Shown piece by piece: positions 29,588 through 39,559 of a DNA stretch of 64,000 bases. Under the pieces are notes generated by a model, which was given only the letters and a program-made list of their open reading frames with translations, was not told the DNA's origin and made no database searches. A program made the translations under genes and the position numbers. Position 1 is the stretch's first letter. Each line of letters opens with the position of its first letter. The DNA comes from an uncultured Acidobacteriota bacterium (GTDB lineage: Bacteria; Acidobacteriota; Thermoanaerobaculia; Multivoradales; JAHEKO01), in the NCBI GenBank assembly GCA_963713825.1, contig CAVQNG010000003.1:928001-992000 (forward strand), given 5' to 3'.

Positions 29588-32106
29588 GATGTCGAGACGA
29601 ATCCCTGGACTCACCCACCCTATCCGCCAGTCCACTCCTGGAAGGGTCTGGGGTTTTTGTGATTGGGGCCGTACTTGCGTTGCTGTTCCTGGTCTTCTCT
29701 ATCGCTCCCTCGGGCGCGCAGGAGCCGACACCCTCGGCCGCAGAGGAAGCCGCGGCGCTGGTGGACGAGCACGATCCGGAGGCCTGGCCTCGAGTTCTCG
29801 AAGGCGACTCCTACCTGATCAAGCTCTACCCGCCCCAGGTCGACACCTGGGACGGCAACGAAATCAAGGCACAATCCGCGATCGAGATCGGGGAAACAGG
29901 ACAAGGAAGGCTCCTCCTACGGAGTGGTCAGCTTCATCGCCCGCACCCGCGTCGACAAGGACGCTCGACTCGTCGTCTTCGACGAGTATCTGGGGGTGGG
30001 CGCCAAGGTGCCAGCACAGCCCGAGCTCGAGGCCAAGATCCTGGCTTTCTCCAGAAACAGCTCAACGATGCCGTGCGGGTCGTCTCTCTCGACCGCGTCG
30101 AGACCGCGCTCGCCGCCAACCAGGCAGGAGCGGGCATCGCGAAGGACGTCGCAGTCAACAACGACCCGCCCACGATCGTCTTTGCCGAGAGGCCGACGCT
30201 CCTGGTCTACGTCGACGGCCAGCCGGTTTGGCGGCAAGTCGAAGGCACCAACTATGAGCGCCTGCTCAACACCCGGCCGCTGGTGTTGCGGGACAGCTCG
30301 GCCACCCTTTTCCTCCACCTCTTCGACGGCTGGCTCGAGGCTCAAACACTCGAGGGTCCCTGGCAGGTAGCCGGGGCCGCCCCATCTGGTCTCGAAGAGG
30401 CGGCAGCGAAGGCGCAGCAGGAACAGCCCGCCGACCTTCTCGATGGTGGCGTCGCCGACCAGCAGGAGGTGGACGAATCGGGCCAACCGATCGAGAAGCC
30501 GACCCTTGCCAAGGGCCCGGTGCCCGATATTGTCGTGGCCAGCGAGCCGACCGAGCTGCTGGTCACCGATGGCACTCCAACGTGGACCGCGATTCCGGAG
30601 ACCGGGCTCGAGTTCGCCGACAATACGAGCGGCAATCTGCTCCGCCTGGCCTCGGGAAGCTCTTACTTCGTGCTGCTGTCGGGGCGCTGGTTCGAAGGAG
30701 CGTCCCTGGACGGACCATGGAGCTTCGTGCCCCAGGGCGAGTTGGCGGATGACTTCCGCCAGATTCCGGACGACAGCCCGAAAGAGAACGTCAAGGCTTC
30801 GATCGCCGGCACGCCACAGGCGCAAGAGGCGGTGATCGCCAACTCGGTGCCGCAAACCTCGGAGATCGATCGTCAAGGGGCCGAGTTCAAACCCATGATC
30901 GACGGCGAGCCAAAGTGGAAGGCGATAGAGAGCACCTCGCTGGCCTACGTCGAGAACTCCCCCACGCCGATCCTGCGTGTCGCCTCGGATCAGTACTACG
31001 GGGTCAACAATGGTGTCTGGTTCGTCGCACCAGCGGTAACCGGTCCCTGGACTACAGCAATCACGGTTCCAGATGTCATCTACACCATTCCTGCGAGCAG
31101 CCCGCTCCACTACGTCACCTATGTGCGGATCTACAGTTCGGACGAAGAGACGGTGGTCGTGGGCTACACGCCGGGGTACTACGGCACGGCGGTGAGCGGC
31201 GATGTGGTCGTCTACGGTACCGGCTACTACTACGACCCGTGGATTGGCAGCTATTGGTACGGCTACCCCTCGACCTGGGGCTACGCCAGTAGCATCACCT
31301 ACACGCCCTGGGGTGGTTGGGCTTTCTCCTTCGGCATCGGTTGGGCGTGGGGCTACTGGGGCAGTTGGTACGGACCCTACCAGCCGCCCTACTGGGGGGC
31401 CTACTGGGGCTACTACCCCTGGTATGGCGGCGCTGTGATTGGCCCGGGCGGCGGCTGGGCGGCCTGGGGACCGGGCGGTTGGGCCGGCACCACCGGCAAC
31501 ATCTATAACAAATGGGGTCCGGTAAGCACAGTCTCGCGCTATTCCGGGGGCTACAACGCCTGGACCGGCAACGCCTGGCGCGGCCAGGTGGGCGCCGCTT
31601 ACAACTCACGCACCGGCACTATCGCCGCTGGCCAGCGCGGAGCCGTCGGCAATGTCTACTCGGGCCAATACGCCTATGGCGGACGGGGTGCGGCATACAA
31701 CCCCAACTCCGGAACGGGAGCGGCCGGAGGTCGGGTGACTGTCGGTGACGCAGACAGCGGCAGGCAGGCTACGGCCGGTCGGATAGGCGCTGCCAACCCC
31801 GGCTCCGGGCAGTCGGGTTCCGCTGGCTGGGTGCGTGGCGAGGAAGGTGGAGTCGCGCGCAAGGGTGACGACTACTACGCCGGCAAGGACGGCGAAGTCT
31901 ACAAACGCAACGGTCAAGGCGATTGGAGCCAGGTCGAACGCTCTGGGCAAGGCGCGCGCGTCCAGGATCAATCGCGCGCCAGGGATCTCGACCGTCAGTA
32001 CCAGGGAAGGAACTACGGCCAACAGCGCTACCAGAGCTACCAACGCTCGACACCGCGAGCCGGGGGAGGAGGATATCGAGGTGGTGGCGGCCGCGTAGGC
32101 GCTGAG
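29588..32106 (+). CDS. Large exported hypothetical protein with G/W/Y-rich region and RGG tail (several frameshifts; start uncertain)
   Basis: Signal ..SGAQ; WPRVL..KLYPPQVDTW; PVSTVSRYSGGYNAWTG; TGA at 32103-32105 equivalent to the stop of copy 2. Confidence 0.7.
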
Positions 32107-34102
32107 ATTGGCGCGAAGATCGCGAATGAGGTCGCAGTCAACAACGACCCGCCCACCATCGTCTTTGCCGAGCGGCCGACGCTCCTGGTCTACGTCGACG
32201 GCTCACCGGCCTGGCGACAGGTCGAAGGCACCAGCTATGAGCGCCTGCTCAACACCCGGCCGCTGTTGTTGCGGGACAGCTCGGCCACCCTTTACCTCCA
32301 CCTCTTCGACGGCTGGCTCGAAGCTCAAACGCTCGAGGGTCCCTGGCAGGTAGGCGGGGCCGCCCCATCTGGGCTCGAAGAGGCGGCAGCGAAGGCGCAA
32401 CAGGAACAGCCCGCCGATCTTCTCGATGGTGGCGTCGCCGACCAGCAGGAAGTGGACGAAGAGGGCGAGCCGATCGAGAAGCCGACCCTCGCCAAGGGCC
32501 CGGTGCCCGACATTGTCGTGGCCAGCGAGCCGACCGAACTGCTGGTCACCGATGGCGCTCCAACCTGGACCGCAATTCCGGAGACCGGGCTCGAGTTCGC
32601 CGACAATACGAGCGGCAATCTTCTCCGCCTGGCCTCGGGAAGCTCTTACTTCGTGCTGCTGTCGGGGCGCTGGTTCGAAGGGCCGTCCCTGGATGGACCA
32701 TGGAGCTTCGTGCCCCAGGATCAGTTGGCGGAGGACTTCCGCCAGATTCCGGACGACAGCCCGAAGGAGAACGTCAAGGCTTCGATCGCCGGTACCCCAC
32801 AGGCGCAAGAGGCGGTGATCGCCAATTCGGTGCCGCAAACCTCGGAGATCGATCGCAAAGGGGCCGAGTTCAAACCCATGATCGACGGCGAGCCCAAGTG
32901 GAAGGCGATCGAGAGCACCTCGCTGGCCTACGTCGAGAACTCGCCCACGCCAATCCTCCGAGTCGCCCCGGATCAGTACTACGCTGTGAATAATGGCGTC
33001 TGGTTCGTCGCACCAGCGGTGACCGGTCCCTGGATCGCAGCGGTCGAGGTTCCAGATGTCATCTACACCATCCCGGCGAGCAGCCCGCTTCACTACGTCA
33101 CCTATGTGCGGGTCTACGATTCGGACGAAGACACGGTGGTTGTGGGCTACACGCCGGGGTACTACGGAACGGCGGTGAGCGGCGATGTGGTCGTCTACGG
33201 TACCGGCTACTCCTACGACCCGTGGATAGGCAGCTATTGGTACGGCTACCCCTCGACCTGGGGATACGCCAGCAGCATCACCTACACCCCCTGGGGTGGC
33301 TGGGCTTTCTCCTTCGGCATCGGCTGGGCATGGGGCTACTGGGGTAGCTGGTACGCTCCCTACTACCCGCCCTACTGGGGAGCCTACTGGGGTTACTACC
33401 CCTGGTATGGCGGTGCTGCGATTGGCCCGGGCGGCGGCTGGGCGGCCTGGGGACCGGGAGGATGGGCGGGCACCACCGGCAACATCTACAACAAATGGGG
33501 TCCGGTCAGCACAGTCTCGCGCTATTCCGGTGGCTACAACGCCTGGACCGGGAACGCCTGGCGCGGCCAGGTGGGCGGCGCCTACAACTCACGCACGGGC
33601 ACTATCGCCGCCGGTCAGCGCGGCGCCGTCGGCAACGTCTATTCGGGCCAATACGCCTATGGCGGACGCGGCGCGGCGTACAACCCCAACTCCGGCACGG
33701 GAGCGGCCGGGGGTCGGGTGACCGTCGGTGATGCCGACAGCGGTCGGCAGGCCACAGCTGGCCGTGTGGGCACTGCCAACCCCGGCTCCGGGCAGTCGGG
33801 TTCCGCCGGCTGGGTGCGTGGCGAGGAAGGTGGAGTCGCGCGCAAGGGTGACGACTACTACGCCGGCAAGGACGGCGAAGTCTACAAACGCAACGGTCAA
33901 GGTGATTGGAGCCAGGTTGAACGCTCTGGGCAAGGCGCGCGCGTCCAGGATCAGGCGCGATCCAGGGACCTCGACCGTCAGTATCAGGGCAGGAACTACG
34001 GTCAGCAGCGCTACCAGGGCTACCAACGCTCGACACCGCGAGCCGGGGGAGGAGGATATCGAGGTGGTGGTGGCCGCCGTAGGCGCTGAGATTGGCGCGA
34101 AG
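30136..34102 (+). repeat. Diverged tandem duplication with 1,983-bp period (30136-32118 and 32119-34102)
   Basis: Both units start ATCGCGAA..GTCGCAGTCAACAACGACCCG and end GGCGCTGAGATTGGCGCGAAG; many synonymous differences. Confidence 0.93.
32119..34089 (+). pseudogene. 5'-truncated second copy of the G/W/Y-rich exported protein gene
   Basis: Begins mid-gene at IANEVAVNNDPP; ends GGGGRRRR*. Confidence 0.6.
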
Positions 34103-34183
34103 TGAGTCCGGACCGGGGAAAGGCGCCAGTGATGCTCCGCAGCCTCATGATCCGCCTACCTGGAAACCTCTGGGGAGAACCTC

Positions 34184-34825
34184 ATGCACGAGTTGATTCT
34201 GTTTAGCGGTACCGTCTTCATGGGGTTCTTTGCCATTATGAACCCTCTTGCCAATACCCCCGTGTTTCTTGGTCTGACCGCCGAAGATGACTCCGCGATG
34301 CGACGTGCGGTCGCCCTCAAGGGCCTGGCCCTGGCGTTTCTGATTGTCGCCACCTTCACCGTGGCCGGGAAGTACATTTTCGAGCTCTTTGGGATCACCT
34401 TGCCGGCGTTTCGGATCGCAGGCGGGATTCTCGTGTTCCAGATTGGCCTCCATATGTTGCAGGGGGAGCAATCCAAGGTTCACCAGCCCGTCGAGGAAGG
34501 GGCGGCGGAGAACAGCAGCGCGGCCCAACTCAACGTGGCGGTTTCACCTCTGGCCATGCCGATTCTCGCCGGGCCGGGGACCATCGCCACCGCGATGAAC
34601 TTCGTGGCGGTCGGCGACTTCACCCACCTCGCAATCACGATCGGAGTCTTTGCCTTGATGTGCGCCATCACCTATTTGTTCTTCATCTCGGGAGAGAAGC
34701 TCGTGAGCTACATCGGTGAGAATGGTGTCAGCGTGGTGACCCGAATGATGGGTTTGATCCTGGCGGTGATCGGCATCCAGATGCTCATCGAGGGTATCTA
34801 TGGCGCTGTGCGGGCGTACTCGTAG
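34184..34825 (+). CDS. MarC-family membrane protein
   Basis: FFAIMNPLANTPVF, FGITLPAFRIAGGIL, PLAMPILAGPGTIAT, RMMGLILAVIG. Confidence 0.93.
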   Translation: MHELILFSGTVFMGFFAIMNPLANTPVFLGLTAEDDSAMRRAVALKGLALAFLIVATFTVAGKYIFELFGITLPAFRIAGGILVFQIGLHMLQGEQSKVHQPVEEGAAENSSAAQLNVAVSPLAMPILAGPGTIATAMNFVAVGDFTHLAITIGVFALMCAITYLFFISGEKLVSYIGENGVSVVTRMMGLILAVIGIQMLIEGIYGAVRAYS

Positions 34826-34902
34826 GCAAGGCAAGAGCTACTGTCCTACCTTGCCCTCAGCTCCTGAAGCTTCTGCGCGTTGGCGAGGCCGGTGAGAGCT
34901 CT

Positions 34903-36342
34903 CTACTGGATCGGTGCAGTCAACCGCGCCAAGCGGGTACCGAGCTTGAACCAGAAGGACTTTTCGTCGAGGTCGCCAGGTTGCATCTCTACCGAGCTCT
35001 CCATATCAGCCATGAGCATTTGCTCGATTTCGGCAGTAAACACCGGATCGGCCACCGCCGCCATGATCTCGAAATTGAGCCGAAAGGACCGATTGTCGAA
35101 GTTGGCTGTGCCGATGGCACCAAACCTGTCGTCGACCAGGACCACCTTCTGGTGCAGAAAACCATCCATGTACCGAAAGAACCGGATGCCGGTCTCAGAG
35201 GCTTCTTCGAAGTAGGAGTACGCGGCCAACCATACGAGCGTGTGATCCGCCTTGTCGGGGATGATGATACGAACATCCACGCCCCGCAAGGCGGCCAAAT
35301 GGAGTGCGTTCATCAGCGATTCGTCGGGCACGAAGTAAGGGCTCGCGATCCACAGCCTCTCGCGAGACCCATTGATGGCGTTGACAAACATCAGAGTTGC
35401 TGTCTCCAGCCGATCGGCCGGACCGGTCGGGAAGATCAACACGTCGAAGCCTCCTCCCTCCGGAACGTACGGTGACCAGGCCAACTCCAGCACCTCCGTG
35501 CTGGCCCAGTACCAGTCCTCGAGAAAGCTCAACTGGACCGGCAAGGCTGCAGGGCCAGTGATCTTGACGTGGGTGTCCCGCCAATGGCCGAACTCGGGGT
35601 CCCGGCCCATGTACTCATCGCCCACATTGTGACCGCCCACCCAGGCGGTGTGGCCATCCACCACCACGATTTTTCGATGGTTGCGGAAGTTGATCTGGAA
35701 TCGATTTCCTGGCCCCTTGCGGGTGTGGAAATCGAGGACCTCGGCTCCGGCCTCACGCAGCTCCTGGATATAGCTCTTGGACAGCGAGTGACTCCCTACC
35801 TCGTCGTACAGGAAATAGACGCGGACGCCTTCGCGGGCCTTGGCCAGGAGTTGTGACTTGAGGTCACGTCCGATTTCGTCGTCCTTGACGATAAAGAACT
35901 GCACCAGGATGTAGTCCTCGGCGGCCTCGATGCCCCGGAAGATGCTCTCGAAGGTTTCGTGGCCGTCCACCAGCAGATCGACTTGGTTGTTCTGCAGGAC
36001 CGGAATCTTGGCCAACATTACGCTGGCGCGTGCCAGTGGATCTTCGGCCCCGCGATCGGAGCGCTGATCCATCGTCAGTCTGCTCGCATCCAGGGCAACC
36101 TGCCGGATCTCGTGATCGCCCTCCCTTCTGGAGTCGACGTAGCCCTGGAATCGGCTCCGCCCGAGCACCCAGTAGGCCGGTACGGCCACATAGGGGACGG
36201 TGTTGAGCGATACCGCCCACGCAATCGCCCCCTGCGACGTGCGGCATTTCATCACGGCATCAATCGACGACAGAAAGCCGACCACGTGAAAGACGACAAT
36301 CACGGTGACCACTAGCCACCTCCTCTTGGTGCGGGATCTCAT
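34903..36342 (-). CDS. cls: Cardiolipin synthase
   Basis: Two HKD motifs NHRKIVVVDG and LHQKVVLVDD; SPYFVPD; GTANFDNRSFRLNFE; N-terminal TMs. Confidence 0.93.
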   Translation of the reverse strand: MRSRTKRRWLVVTVIVVFHVVGFLSSIDAVMKCRTSQGAIAWAVSLNTVPYVAVPAYWVLGRSRFQGYVDSRREGDHEIRQVALDASRLTMDQRSDRGAEDPLARASVMLAKIPVLQNNQVDLLVDGHETFESIFRGIEAAEDYILVQFFIVKDDEIGRDLKSQLLAKAREGVRVYFLYDEVGSHSLSKSYIQELREAGAEVLDFHTRKGPGNRFQINFRNHRKIVVVDGHTAWVGGHNVGDEYMGRDPEFGHWRDTHVKITGPAALPVQLSFLEDWYWASTEVLELAWSPYVPEGGGFDVLIFPTGPADRLETATLMFVNAINGSRERLWIASPYFVPDESLMNALHLAALRGVDVRIIIPDKADHTLVWLAAYSYFEEASETGIRFFRYMDGFLHQKVVLVDDRFGAIGTANFDNRSFRLNFEIMAAVADPVFTAEIEQMLMADMESSVEMQPGDLDEKSFWFKLGTRLARLTAPIQ

Positions 36343-36510
36343 GAATGTCTCCTACGACTCTGTGTTCTTCATCTCGGGGTAGCCTAGGCTGATATTCTGC
36401 ACATTTGTCAGTCTTCGGCACAAACAGCCGAGCTGCTGGGAGGGCCGCGATGAGTTTCTCTCTGATTGGCCAACGCCTGGCGGGGCCCGAAGGCGGCACA
36501 GGAGGACCCT

Positions 36511-38094
36511 GTGACTGAATCCAACGCACGTCGGTGGCTGAGCCCTTCCTTTGCCAGGGGCTGTGTGTTCGCCTTCGCCGGTCTCCTGGTCTTGATGGTG
36601 CCCAGAGCGTCCGTAGAGCTCCTTCGATTCGTTCTGGCGATTGCACTCCTCGCGTCCGGCGGGATCCATCTCTGGGGCCACCTTCAACACCGCGAGAGCT
36701 GGCACGGGATTCTGCGAGCGATTCTGGCTCTCGCCGCCGGGTTGGGGGTGCTGCTTGCTCCAGGCGAGACTCTCAGAACCACTGAGCTCGTCGCGTCTCT
36801 CTATCTTGCGGTCACAGGTCTGCTGGCCCTGCATCAGGGCCTGGGACAGGGGCGGAAGTCGTCGCGATTTTGGGTCGATCTCGGTCGAGGCGCCGTGCAC
36901 CTTGGCCTTGCGATGCTCCTCGTGGTTCTGCCTCGTACGATGTTCGGCATCGCCGTCGCCTCACTGGCAATAGGTGCGGTCCTCATCGGCTTGGTGATGG
37001 TCTCCTGGTCGCTCCGTCATGGCCCCCGAATGACGGAAATCTCCGACCGCGGGCAGGCGTCCGAGATCTTCTGGCAGTGGTTGAGCGATCGCGACATCGG
37101 TTCTGAGCGACGCGATGTCCTTGCCGACGGCCTCTACTTCGAAGACCCTAACCGCCATGGGAAGATCGTCTCCTATGCCGTGATGCTGTTGCTCTCCACG
37201 GCCCTGGCGAGCCTTGCGATTCTCCAGGACTCGACTGCCGTCGTCATCGGGGCGATGCTCGTTGCACCTCTGATGACGCCGATCATGGGGTGCGCTGCAG
37301 GACTGATAGCGGGTTGGCGACGACGAGTGCTGGTATCGCTGGGTGTGATAGTCGTATCGGTAGTTGGCGCGATCGGTCTGGCGTGGATTCTGGCCGCCTG
37401 GATCCCCGCCCTGGTTCCTCTAGGGGTGAACTCGCAGGTCCTGTCGAGATCCTCTCCGACCCTGCTCGACATGGCGATTGCGCTCGCCGCAGGAGCTGCT
37501 GGAGCCTACGCCACCATCGACGATCGAGTCTCCTCTTCCCTGACCGGGGTGGCGATCGCGGTGGCGTTGGTGCCACCTCTCGGAGTGGTCGGGATCACCC
37601 TGGAAGCCGGACTGTGGGTCGAGGCCCTCGGAGCCTTTCTGCTCTTTGCGACCAATCTGGTATCGATCATCCTGGCCTCTTCCGTGGTCTTCTTGCTGAC
37701 AGGGACCTCTCCCCTGCGAAAAGGGCAGGAGGGCCGCGTGTCCAACGCAGATGTGTTCACCATGGTGGCCATCGTCGCGCTTCTCATCATGGTGCCGCTT
37801 GGACTGACAGGCAAGGATGTACTGACGTCCATGGAAAGGACGCAGAGTGCCCAGAGCCGCGTCGTCGACTGGCTGGGGCCCGACTCGACTATGCAGGTCC
37901 TGAAAGTAAAGGCGCGGGCAGACACGGTCGAGATTGTCGTGAGCGGGAGTGGCGATCTGCCCGAGGTAGCCGACCTGGAGGAGGCCCTATCGAGAGCTTT
38001 CGGCTCGCCGGTCAAAGTGCGCGTAGAGCACTTTCCGTCCTACGTCATCACTTCCTCGAATCAAGGGACAGCTGCCGAAAACGTAGACGAGTGA
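36511..38094 (+). CDS. DUF389 (TIGR00341-type) membrane protein with N-terminal DUF308-like TM extension
   Basis: GGAGG before GTG 36511; DSTAVVIGAMLVAPLMTPI, PTLLDMAIALAAGAAG, GVAIAVALVPPL, AFLLFATNLVSI. Confidence 0.88.
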   Translation: MTESNARRWLSPSFARGCVFAFAGLLVLMVPRASVELLRFVLAIALLASGGIHLWGHLQHRESWHGILRAILALAAGLGVLLAPGETLRTTELVASLYLAVTGLLALHQGLGQGRKSSRFWVDLGRGAVHLGLAMLLVVLPRTMFGIAVASLAIGAVLIGLVMVSWSLRHGPRMTEISDRGQASEIFWQWLSDRDIGSERRDVLADGLYFEDPNRHGKIVSYAVMLLLSTALASLAILQDSTAVVIGAMLVAPLMTPIMGCAAGLIAGWRRRVLVSLGVIVVSVVGAIGLAWILAAWIPALVPLGVNSQVLSRSSPTLLDMAIALAAGAAGAYATIDDRVSSSLTGVAIAVALVPPLGVVGITLEAGLWVEALGAFLLFATNLVSIILASSVVFLLTGTSPLRKGQEGRVSNADVFTMVAIVALLIMVPLGLTGKDVLTSMERTQSAQSRVVDWLGPDSTMQVLKVKARADTVEIVVSGSGDLPEVADLEEALSRAFGSPVKVRVEHFPSYVITSSNQGTAAENVDE

Positions 38095-38114
38095 GTCGTC
38101 GGGTGCCGCGGTGC

Positions 38115-38525
38115 TTACTTGCTGAAGCTGTCAACGGCTGTCGCCGCGAAGCTGGCTGGAAAGGCTACCAGGATGATCCGCTTCAGGCTTACCGCCGGAC
38201 TCCCCATGAAGTCGAGACGATCCACACCGAACAAGAGCAGGGCGGCGATCACCAGGGTCAAGCCGTAGGTGCTAAGGACTCGCACCAGAAAGACCCTGTG
38301 GTCGGTGGCTTGCTCGCGGCGATGTTGCAGCACGAAAATCACCAGGCCCAGAACAACTAGTGACGTGAAGGCGAAGAACATCACGCGCGAGAGGGGGAGT
38401 TCTTCACCGAGATTCCAGACTTCCTCTGTGACCGCAACGGGGAAGGCCATTATGCACGCGCCGACCGCGATCTCGGCTATATCCCTGAGTGCGAACCTGG
38501 CCTGCGATCTCTTTGCTTCGTTCAT
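38115..38525 (-). CDS. DUF2391-family membrane protein
   Basis: PVAVTEEVWNLG, RVLSTYG, VAFPASFAATAVDS. Confidence 0.8.
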   Translation of the reverse strand: MNEAKRSQARFALRDIAEIAVGACIMAFPVAVTEEVWNLGEELPLSRVMFFAFTSLVVLGLVIFVLQHRREQATDHRVFLVRVLSTYGLTLVIAALLLFGVDRLDFMGSPAVSLKRIILVAFPASFAATAVDSFSK

Positions 38526-38708
38526 GTGCCCTCCGGTGTCTGCGGACGAATCTGCCCGACTCCGATGCAGCCTCAATGGTAACCTCAGTCTGGAACAGCA
38601 CCGAGCTGGGCCAGTTCGCGATCAACCATGGAGTCGTCCAGATCTGACTCCTACCCCTCGAGCAGCCTCTGTTTTCCGAAGCAACCCGGCTGCCGTTCGG
38701 CTTGAACC

Positions 38709-38820
38709 TACTCCTTCGGCAGGTCGGTGATCGTCTGGAGGATCTCTCCTTCGGGGGAGAGGGCAACGATGGCCTGACCTTCGCGATCCGCGATCCAGAC
38801 CGTGCCGTCGGGAGGGAACA
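38709..38820 (-). pseudogene. C-terminal remnant of an NHL/beta-propeller protein gene
   Basis: Minus strand reads PPDGTVWIADREGQAIVALSPEGEILQTITDLPKE*; no start found. Confidence 0.45.
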
Positions 38821-38849
38821 GCGTCTCATCCCCGCTGCCTCTTGACCTC

Positions 38850-38922
38850 GAGAGCCCTCCACACCAGGGGGCTCTCTCTTTCTGAGCAGATAAAGATACA
38901 AGGGGAGGGGCTCGCCCCCTCC
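38850..38922. terminator. Two hairpins downstream of the 38930-39532 gene
   Basis: GAGAGCCC..GGGCTCTC followed by TCTTTCT; GGGAGGGG-CTCGC-CCCCTCCC. Confidence 0.45.
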
Positions 38923-38929
38923 CACGGGG

Positions 38930-39532
38930 CTATCTCAGCCGGACGTTGTTGAGGCGAATCGGCTGCGATGCGAAGTGCTCGATCTCGACGAGGTTCTTCT
39001 CCTCGTTCCACCCGAACTCGGCGCCCAGCATGATCTGCCCGTCGCCCCGGCCATCCTCGTCGACATTGAGGATGATCAGCGACACGTTGTAGTCGAGGGT
39101 ACGTGAGGCGCGCCAGGCCTCTTCGAAGCCGATCCTTCGGTCCGTCGCCAGGATGATCTGTCGGCCCCCTTCAATGGGATTCGACCTGGCATACCGGAGG
39201 TCATAGGCGAGACTCTGGAGTTCTCGGAAGGTGCCTACCGATTCCTTGCTGAACAGGGTATTCGCGAGATCACGTCCACCCCGCGTTTGTTCCACGAGAG
39301 CCTCCATCAGTGTCGCGCGCTCCTCGTCCGAGCTCCAGCGGTTGACTCGGATCTGTACCCGGATCTGGCCCCGGGGACCCATATTGCTCATGTTCACCGC
39401 TACGGCGTCGAAGTTGAGGGGCAGCTCTTCCTCAGCCGGCAGGGGTGCCGCCACAAAGCCGAGAACAAGAGCCAGGCCGAGCGCCGACACGGTAGCAACC
39501 GAGCGAAGTCGGGAGAGTTGCATATTGAACAT
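38930..39532 (-). CDS. Exported hypothetical protein
   Basis: AAAGGAGG RBS; signal ..PLPA; IRVNRWSSDEER, LRYARS, IILATDRRIGF. Confidence 0.8.
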   Translation of the reverse strand: MFNMQLSRLRSVATVSALGLALVLGFVAAPLPAEEELPLNFDAVAVNMSNMGPRGQIRVQIRVNRWSSDEERATLMEALVEQTRGGRDLANTLFSKESVGTFRELQSLAYDLRYARSNPIEGGRQIILATDRRIGFEEAWRASRTLDYNVSLIILNVDEDGRGDGQIMLGAEFGWNEEKNLVEIEHFASQPIRLNNVRLR

Positions 39533-39559
39533 GAGGGCCTCCTTTACGTCCGAGTCATG

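Noticed and set aside
29659-34089. 1,476-aa ORF as a genuine giant two-repeat protein
   Set aside because: The fusion depends on one missing base near 32095; the linker GAEIGAK is the stop and 3' flank of the gene read out of frame
30136-34102. Diversity-generating retroelement template/variable repeat pair
   Set aside because: No reverse transcriptase in the window; repeats are 2 kb; differences are mostly synonymous and not adenine-specific
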